From: Candidatus Tenderia sp.
GTDB taxonomy: Bacteria > Pseudomonadota > Gammaproteobacteria > Tenderiales > Tenderiaceae
Assembly: GCA_031416075.1 (NCBI GenBank)
Contig: JANOSY010000093.1
Span: 1 to 51,664 of the forward strand
Length of the DNA stretch: 51,664 bases
Direction: 5' to 3'
The notes beneath the pieces are model-generated. The model did not search any database, was not told the origin of the DNA, and was given only the letters and a program-made list of their open reading frames with translations. Below, piece by piece: positions 44,073-51,664 of this stretch. Both the position numbers and the translations under genes were made by a program. Position 1 is the first letter of the stretch. Every line of letters starts with the position of its first letter.

Positions 44073-45115
44073 TGCAATCGATCACCATCAACGGCACGGA
44101 GGTCAAACCCGGCAGCCGCATCACCATCGATCTGCCCGTGGGCAAACTCTATACCCACACCCCCATGTCAATGCCGGTGCATGTAATCCATAGCCGCAAA
44201 CCCGGGCCGAGCCTGTTTATCAGTGCCGCCATCCATGGTGATGAGATCAACGGCGTTGAGATCATCCGTCGCCTGCTCAAGCTAAGCGCACTCAAACAGA
44301 TGCACGGCAGCCTCATCGCCGTGCCCATCGTCAACGTACACGGTTTTATCAACCAGTCGCGCTACCTGCCCGACCGCCGCGACCTTAACCGGGTCTTTCC
44401 CGGCAGCGAAACCGGTTCACTGGCAGCGCGACTGGCCAGCATCTTCATGCGTGAGATCGTCGCCAACAGCACCCACGGCATCGATATCCACACCGGTGCC
44501 ATCCACCGCAGCAATCTGCCACAGATTCGCGCCAACCTCGACGACCCGGAGACCGAAAAACTGGCGCGGGTCTTTGGCACCCCGGTGATCATCTCCTCTT
44601 CCCTGCGCGATGGCTCACTGCGCGAAGCCGCCGCCGAAGCTGGCATCCCCACACTGCTCTACGAGGCGGGTGAGGCGTTACGCTTCGACGAAATAGCCAT
44701 CCGCGCTGGCGTCCGGGGGGTGGTTGAGGTGATGCGCACCTTGGGTATGTTGCCCGCCAGCCGCCGCCATCCGGGCCAGATTGATCCGATCATCACTAAT
44801 ACCACCAACTGGGTCCGTGCCGCCAGCAGCGGTATCCTACGCCCCATGGTCAAACTGGGCGGCCATGTGGCCAAAGAGAGCCTGCTGGGGGTCATCTCCG
44901 ACCCATTTGGTGAAAAAGAGGTCCAGGTCAAATCCCCCTACAACGGCATCATCATCGGCCGCACCAATCTGCCGCTGGCAAACGAAGGTGATGCACTTTT
45001 CCACATTGCCCGTTTTAAAGAACATCATGAGACAGCGGCGCTGGTGGAAGAGTTTAACGACCACCCTCTGCCAGAGGCCAACGAGCCATTAGGACTCGAG
45101 GGGTCCATCATGTAA
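44072..45115 (+). CDS. Succinylglutamate desuccinylase/aspartoacylase family (M14-like) protein
   Basis: HGDE, DLNR.FPG, DIHTG and YEAGE motifs. Confidence 0.92.
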   Translation: MQSITINGTEVKPGSRITIDLPVGKLYTHTPMSMPVHVIHSRKPGPSLFISAAIHGDEINGVEIIRRLLKLSALKQMHGSLIAVPIVNVHGFINQSRYLPDRRDLNRVFPGSETGSLAARLASIFMREIVANSTHGIDIHTGAIHRSNLPQIRANLDDPETEKLARVFGTPVIISSSLRDGSLREAAAEAGIPTLLYEAGEALRFDEIAIRAGVRGVVEVMRTLGMLPASRRHPGQIDPIITNTTNWVRAASSGILRPMVKLGGHVAKESLLGVISDPFGEKEVQVKSPYNGIIIGRTNLPLANEGDALFHIARFKEHHETAALVEEFNDHPLPEANEPLGLEGSIM

Positions 45116-45233
45116 CAGGTATGTCTGTGAGGATTAGGGAGATGGACGAACTCCTACACCTACTTACCTTAATACTGGGCAAATGTTAGGTGGCAATAAT
45201 CATCTCACCACACAAGTATAAGGATGAAGAACA

Positions 45234-45674
45234 GTGAACGACGCCAAAAACAACCAGATCCTGATCACCATTCTTGAAAAAAGCAGCTACCTGACTCATC
45301 TGATCATCAGTATCGCCCTGATGATTGCCACCGTGCTCATATCACTCTATTTTTTTCAGCAACTCTATCAGGCGGTCGCGTCACACACCCTGATTGACGG
45401 CTTTCTACACGCACTGGGCATACTGCTGTTGCTCTGGACTATATCGGAGCTAATCGTCACCGAAATCCGTTTTTTACGGGGTGAAGATGTCAATTTTGCC
45501 GTTTTTGTCGAAGTCGCGTTAGTGGTAATGGTGCGTGAGATCATCATGCTCCCCATCGAAAACAAACACCCCGCCCCAACTGAAGTGGGCATTTGGGTGG
45601 GCGCAGCCACACTACTGGGACTAACCTACCTGTTTATCCGCCTGGGGCAGCAGGACAACAAGCCTCCTAAATAA
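45234..45674 (+). CDS. PsiE-like four-TM membrane protein
   Basis: LLL...EL...F..VALV..VREII pattern. Confidence 0.7.
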   Translation: MNDAKNNQILITILEKSSYLTHLIISIALMIATVLISLYFFQQLYQAVASHTLIDGFLHALGILLLLWTISELIVTEIRFLRGEDVNFAVFVEVALVVMVREIIMLPIENKHPAPTEVGIWVGAATLLGLTYLFIRLGQQDNKPPK

Positions 45675-45950
45675 TCTCCACCGCAGGCAATCACATTTAA
45701 ACGCACTGCCAACAGACTCAGAGCAGACTAAGCATCACCACCCTCCTGCCGTTACAGAAATAGAGACAGTGTCAATCCAAGGGGTAATAATCGCTACAGA
45801 TAAAAACAGCCGGTATATGTTCAGCAATGTAAAAACGGCGTGACATTTGAGACAAATTAAGGTCTATTTAAGCAAATATTAATATACTCAACCAATCAGA
45901 AACTTAACGTAACAACTGCGGGGGCGGATGTTGCAAACAAATGAAGTGAT

Positions 45951-47066
45951 ATGCCAGACGCCAATAACAAACGACCTACAAATAAGATATATGGCAACCC
46001 CACTCCCCCTCCCGGCCTAGTGGACGAGCGTAGTGAACGCTGGGCATTTTTTTTATTTTTATCATTCCTATTAGTACTCTTTGGCACCGCCATATGGCTG
46101 GTATTTGGCGACCACACCGCTCCGGAACCTCCGCAACCTGAAATATCACTCTCAGGCACCGAGCAGCTCATCACCATTCATGAACCAATCCAGCCTCTGC
46201 CTTTAACCGTCAAACTCAACCCCGACAAAGTTGCGTTAGGTAAAATGCTATTTTCTGATACCCGTCTCTCTCAGGACAACACCATGGCCTGCGTCAGTTG
46301 CCACAACTTAAGTTCTGGCGGGGCAGATGGCAAACAGGTCTCAACAGGGGCAGGAGGCGCACGGGGCCAAGTTAATACATTGTCAGTATTTAACTCCGCC
46401 TACCAGATTGCCTGGTTCTGGGATGGCCGCGCCGCCACTTTAAACGAACAGATCGATGGCCCCATACACAACCCCCTGGAGATGGGGATGACATGGGACC
46501 GACTGGAAAAAAAGTTACAACAGATCACCGAATATGAGACATTCTTCAACAAAATCTATGCCGATGGGATTAACGAAGACAACATAAAAGACGCCATCGT
46601 TACCTTTGAACGATCTTTAATCACCCCTAACGCCCGTTTTGACCGTTATCTTCGCGGCGAAACAGACGCCATTAGTGAAAACGAAAAAACCGGCTACCAG
46701 CTCTTCAAAGATTACGGCTGTATTGCCTGCCACCAGGGCATGAACATCGGCGGCAATATGTTCCAGATTTTTGGTGTTGCTAAAAACTATTTTGAGAACC
46801 GGGGTAACATAACACGTGCCGATTTAGGACGTTTTAATGTCACGGGCCGGAAAGAGGACAAATATCGATTCCGGGTACCCAGTCTGCGTAACGTTGCACT
46901 CACCGCGCCCTATTTTCATGACGGCTCAAGGAACACCCTGGAACAGGCGGTACACATCATGGCCGAATATCAGCTTGGCCGCACCATCCCTGATACCGAT
47001 GTTGCACTCATTGTTAATTTTTTAAATACCTTGACCGGAGAATACCCCTACGAAGGGATAAAATGA
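45951..47066 (+). CDS. Membrane-anchored di-heme cytochrome c peroxidase/MauG family protein
   Basis: LGKMLF.D.RLS, CVSCH, FWDGRA, CIACH and FRVPSLRNVALTAPYFHDG motifs. Confidence 0.92.
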   Translation: MPDANNKRPTNKIYGNPTPPPGLVDERSERWAFFLFLSFLLVLFGTAIWLVFGDHTAPEPPQPEISLSGTEQLITIHEPIQPLPLTVKLNPDKVALGKMLFSDTRLSQDNTMACVSCHNLSSGGADGKQVSTGAGGARGQVNTLSVFNSAYQIAWFWDGRAATLNEQIDGPIHNPLEMGMTWDRLEKKLQQITEYETFFNKIYADGINEDNIKDAIVTFERSLITPNARFDRYLRGETDAISENEKTGYQLFKDYGCIACHQGMNIGGNMFQIFGVAKNYFENRGNITRADLGRFNVTGRKEDKYRFRVPSLRNVALTAPYFHDGSRNTLEQAVHIMAEYQLGRTIPDTDVALIVNFLNTLTGEYPYEGIK

Positions 47067-50028
47067 GCAGTGTATTCCGACAGATCGCCATTATCCTGGT
47101 TGCCTCAGCAGCACTGGCATTCCTCTATATTAATACTCAGGATAACCATACACAGCGATACAATCAGGTCATTGAACTCTTAGGAACAATAGAACAGACC
47201 GACGCCACCTTTAATCAGGACATTTTAAAGGTACGTTATAACCTGTTAATGCATTATGACACTCTCAAAAACGAACAGGTCAAGATGTTGGCGCTGCTCC
47301 AACAACTTCAGATCCATGAATTTAATACTCAACATCACGGCGCGGAATACAGCGACCAACATATCAATGCACTTGAGACTCTGATTAAAAATAAAATCGA
47401 CGTCGTCGAAACCTTCAAATCAAGAAATGCCATTCTAAAAAACTCCTCACGCTATCTGCCCGCAGGCGTTGAAAGCATGATTAAAAAAATGATTGAACAA
47501 AATGTCAGCACAACATTAATCAACCAGATATACGGCTTGCTCAGCAACACCTTAAGTTATAGCGTCACCGCTGATGACGCATTCAAAATGCAGGTTCTTC
47601 AGATAATAGATATCATCAATGCGAGCCGCTCACATTATCCAAATGAACTTCAGCAGACACTCGATCACTTGCTGCTACATACCCATATGATCCTTAACGA
47701 AAACCCCATCGTAGACGATCTGGTCGGGCAAGCCACCAATGCCAACATCGCCCAACAACTCAACAATCTATCAAGCAACTACAGCTACTACCACAAAATA
47801 AAAAATGACGAAAAACGTATCTACCAACGTTATCTGTACGTCTTTACACTGGCGCTATTAGGTTATATCAGCTACATCGTTTTACGCCTACGCAACAGTG
47901 CGGCAAAATTAAAACGAACCGTTACCGATCTCAACTACCAGAAATTTGCCATGGACCAACACTCCATCGTCAGCATCTCCGACGTTACCGGGGCAATCCT
48001 TTATGTAAATGACCGGCTTATAGATGTCAGCCAGTACTCACGCGATGAGCTGCAGGGAAAAAACCATAACATTCTCAGCTCTGGGCACCATTCACCAGAG
48101 TTCTTCGAGGCAATGTGGCGCACCATCTCCAACGGCAAAGTCTGGAATGGTCAGATAAAAAATCGCACTAAAAATAATAACTACTATTGGGTCGATTCCA
48201 CCATCGTTCCCTTTATGGACGAAAACAACAACCCCTATCAATACATCTCCATTCGCACCGACATTACCGAACACAAAAATCTGGAAGAGGCACTGTTCCG
48301 TGAAAAAGAGCAAGCTTTAGTTACACTACAAGCCATTGCTGATGGTGTTATCACTACCGACATACATGGCAAGATTGAGTACATCAATCCCCAGGCAGAA
48401 CATCTCACCGGCTGGGGCCATACCCAGGCAAAAGGCCTCGATCTGAGCCAGATATTTTCCATTCACGACCAGATCAACGCCACACCCATTACCAATCTGG
48501 TAGAACTCTGCCTGAAAGGTGAAAACAACCTTTTAGAACCTAACGTCATCCTCACCAACCGTCACGGTCATAACTACGCCATCGAAATTGCAATTACACC
48601 ACTGCTCAACCGTGATAACCGCGCCATCGGTGCTGTTGTTATAATGCACGATGTCACTGCTGTACGTGCGCTGGCGAGTCAGATGAACTATCAAGCCTCA
48701 CACGACGCCCTGACAGAACTGATTAATCGACGGGAATTTGAACGCCGCCTCAATCTGTTACTGGAAAGCACCCAGACATATAATTACGAACATGCACTCT
48801 GCTATCTTGACCTTGATCAATTCAAACTGGTCAATGATACCTGCGGCCACATTGCCGGTGACGAACTACTACGCCAATTAGCCACCGTGCTATCGAGCAA
48901 CATACGTGATCGCGACACACTGGCGCGGCTGGGTGGCGATGAGTTTGGAATACTGCTGGGGGAGTGCTCACTATCAAAGGCCAAAGAGATTGCTAAAAAA
49001 ATCTGTGCCATTGTTAAAGATTTTCGTTTCGTCTGGGGCGACAAGGCGTTTGAACTCGGCGTCAGCATCGGCCTGGTAGCCATTACCAAATCCAGTGAAA
49101 ACATCACCAGTGTCATGAGTGCCGCAGATACCGCATGTTATGCCGCTAAAGATAAAGGCCGCAACCGAGTACACGTCTACCATTCAGATGATAAAGAACT
49201 GCAACAGCGTTATGGTGAAATGCAGTGGGTACCCCGGTTGACTCAGGCACTCACAGACAACCGTTTCATACTCTATTGCCAGCCTATCGTACCCACCTAC
49301 GACAACGATAAAATAGGTGCCCATTACGAAGTACTATTACGAATGATGGATGAAAACAACCAGCTGGTACCGCCCGGAGCCTTTATACCCGCGGCAGAAC
49401 GCTACAACCTGATGCCAACAATAGACCGTTGGGTCATCCGTGAAACATTTTCCATCTACCGGAAATACGCCCACCACAACCCCGATATGCAACATGATAT
49501 ATGCTGCATCAATTTATCCGGCGCATCGCTCAACGATGAGCCGTTTCTGCAGTTTCTGCATGAACAGATCGACCACTGGCAGATCCCCCTGAGGTGATCT
49601 GCTTTGAAATTACCGAAACCATCGCCATCGCAAATCTTGCCAAGGCAGTACACCTCATCAAAGAGCTAAAGCGGCGCGGCTGTCGGTTTGCGCTAGACGA
49701 CTTTGGCAGCGGACTCTCCTCCTTTGCCTATCTAAAAAACCTGCCCGTCGACTATCTGAAGATAGACGGCAATTTCATCGTCGACATCGTTGACGACCCC
49801 ATCGACTTCGCCATGGTCCGCTCCATCAACGAAATCGGCCACGTCATGGGCATCAACACCATCGCCGAATATGTGGAGAACGAAAAGATAGCCACCAAAC
49901 TCCGCGAGATCGGCGTCGACTACCTGCAAGGCTACGCCATCTCCATACCACTCCCCATCAACGACTATTTACAGCAACGTCCCCTTACAAACAGAGCCAC
50001 CCAGATGAGTCTGCACGGAAAACTGTAA
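47063..50028 (+). pseudogene. Periplasmic helical sensor (DAHL-like)-PAS-PAS-GGDEF-EAL protein, frameshifted within EAL
   Basis: ORF 47063-49597 (GGDEF, RxxD I-site, EVLLR) and ORF 49594-50028 (FEITE, DDFGSG, LKID, AEYVE, QGY) join if one C is added to the C5 run at 49585-49589. Confidence 0.85.
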
Positions 50029-50614
50029 TCTCCCGCCAACAAACCACCATCACCGCCCCCTCACAATCAACGCCCAATGCAGCTACAACCCATCTGAAAA
50101 GAATTGTAAACAGTTACCGCCAGGCGCTTCTTTTTCCACCCCATCATGGTACCTTGCGGCCACTAATAATGGTGATGCAGGCAGATCCATATAAACCAAC
50201 GTCTGCGCCCATGAAAGCTTGCCAACATCAGAACATTTGAACTGAAAAACCCATACCCGATGGAAAAATATGGCACCATTAACTATAACCATAAACAAAG
50301 GGTCAGCCAGGCCAGTGATGCGTCACCTGCGGATAACAGCGAAAAACAGAGCCTCCAGGAGCACCAGATTACACCTCACCATCGAAAATTAAACTATCAT
50401 AAAGCGCAATACGGCAAGAACAAGGGGAGAGATATTGTTGTAAATACCCGCCTTCCGCAACATCAGACAGGCACATCTCCGCTCAACGTTATGCGTATTT
50501 ATTGTTCAAATTTTCAGCTACAAAAAAGGAGTGAATCGTTCAGCAACGATAACAATTGTAAAACAGGTCCGTCATTCAAAAATTAATTAGCCTAAAATTT
50601 AGCCGAGGAAAAAC

Positions 50615-51022
50615 ATGATGAGCATAATAAAAGAATTTAAAGATTTTGCAGTAAAGGGCAATGTCGTTGACATGGCCGTGGGTGTCATTATCGGTGCCGC
50701 ATTCGGTAAAATTGTCTCATCCCTGGTTGGCGATGTCATCATGCCGCCGATTGGCGTACTTTTAGGCGGCGTCGATTTTTCTAGCCTGGCATTAATCGTT
50801 AAAGAAGCCGTCGGCGAAGCTCCCGCCGTTGTCATCAGTTACGGAAAATTCATCCAGACACTGATCGATTTCACGATCATCGCATTTGCCATATTTATGG
50901 CAGTAAAGGCCATCAACTCCACCAAGAAAAAAGCAGAGGAAGCACCCGCAGCACCACCCGCACCTTCGAAAGAAGAAATGCTGCTGACAGAAATCCGCGA
51001 CCTGCTTAAAGAGAAGAAGTAG
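50615..51022 (+). CDS. mscL: Large-conductance mechanosensitive channel
   Basis: [18 protein letters not shown] and LLTEIRDLL motifs. Confidence 0.97.
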   Translation: MMSIIKEFKDFAVKGNVVDMAVGVIIGAAFGKIVSSLVGDVIMPPIGVLLGGVDFSSLALIVKEAVGEAPAVVISYGKFIQTLIDFTIIAFAIFMAVKAINSTKKKAEEAPAAPPAPSKEEMLLTEIRDLLKEKK

Positions 51023-51043
51023 ATTCTCTTGATAACGTTCGAC

Positions 51044-51105
51044 ACATAACAAATGTGTCAACTCGACCCGCCAAAAGCCGCACATTTTTCTGCGCGGCTT
51101 TTGGC
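51044..51105 (+). mobile_element. Truncated attC-like site / terminator-like hairpin after mscL
   Basis: ACATAAC-AAATGT-GTCAACTCGACC followed by the 12-bp stem GCCAAAAGCCGC/GCGGCTTTTGGC; right-hand L and R boxes are missing. Confidence 0.45.
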
Positions 51106-51190
51106 AGCCAGCCATCCAATACAGAATCAGATACAGCATCGATCAACCAGATCAAGTCTCAACCACCACAGACCATACCAACCCGCTACC

Positions 51191-51382
51191 GCTTCAATGA
51201 AGCCGTAGCGTTTCGCTACAGATAACATCACCGACCAATAAATCCGGTGAAGACTTCATAACTTTTCAATGATGCCCATACCGGCACCCTAAGCTCAAAA
51301 GTGAAGCAACCAACCCTCCGTCAACCCGATCTTTTCTCAAGTATTATTTCAATCCGCTCCCACCGTTGTTGGTGGGAGTAAC
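51191..51382 (-). CRISPR. Orphan mini-array of three non-identical CRISPR-repeat-like units
   Basis: Minus strand: GTTACTCCCACCAACAACGGTGGGAGCGGATTGAAAT (51382-51346); ...GGTGCCGGTATGGGCATCATTGAAAA (ends 51263); GTTATCTGTAGCGAAACGCTACGGCTTCATTGAAGC (51226-51191). Each has a hairpin and an ATTGAA-NN 3' handle. Confidence 0.65.
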
Positions 51383-51552
51383 GCAACGGCGGATTCAACA
51401 GGTGCACCGAGAAAATCCTGCATATAGCTGATGATGCGAACGATAGTGCCACGTTTGCACTCCAAGTCTTGTTCGATGCGTGTGCGTGGCACGGGATGAC
51501 GTGCTGCGCTCAGCAGCTTGTGCAGCGCATAGATGCGATCAAATTTATCCAA
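51349..51552 (-). pseudogene. N-terminal HTH of a YafY/WYL-family regulator, truncated (WYL/WCX domains absent)
   Basis: DKFDRIYALHKLL...LECKRGTIVRII.YMQDFLGAPVE resembles WYL-regulator N-termini; TTG start at 51552; the frame stops inside the first repeat. Confidence 0.65.
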
Positions 51553-51664
51553 ACCACCCCCGTGATTCATATTTTTTGCCTACCGCCGGATAGTACCGCA
51601 CCCTATATGGCTGGTGCGCCTAATTTATTTTCAATAATCAAACAATGAATAACTAATCTGCTCT

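Noticed and set aside
50083-50586. ORFs 50083-50298 (-) and 50260-50586 (+)
   Set aside because: No recognisable motifs or RBS; probably degraded or non-coding AT-rich sequence.
51227-51262. Spacer self-match to CCGGATTTA at 13559 or TTCATAAC near 28338
   Set aside because: Matches of 8-9 bp are expected by chance in 52 kb.

Overview
Chromosomal window of a GC-rich Gammaproteobacterium. A housekeeping backbone (glnK-amtB, ubiK-comM, ppsA, tRNA-Met, ychF-pth-rplY-prs-tRNA-Gln-ispE-lolB-TPR, hemA-prfA-prmC, gatCAB, corA, rimK cluster, mscL) is interrupted by accessory segments. (1) The left end is the tail of an integron cassette array: two clear attC sites bracket a cassette encoding a DUF6338-like membrane protein and an unannotated 44-aa proline-rich peptide. 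(2) An 11-kb type I restriction-modification island (24318-35344) has an intact-looking HsdR, but its HsdM carries clustered substitutions in the SAM-binding and catalytic motifs (NPPF becomes GPPF). Two cargo genes (DUF1016, Fic) each sit between duplicated hsd gene starts that form translational-coupling mini-ORFs. The island also has palindrome arrays with a 41-42 bp period and a RES-Xre toxin-antitoxin pair. (3) Several unusual c-type cytochromes occur: a cytochrome c-MVL lectin fusion, a hexaheme c4-type lipoprotein, and a peroxidase-like protein coupled to a frameshifted PAS-GGDEF-EAL sensor. (4) At the right end a truncated WYL-family HTH gene runs into three dissimilar CRISPR-repeat-like units, with no cas genes in the window. 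All family assignments are from motif recognition and memory; no database searches were run.
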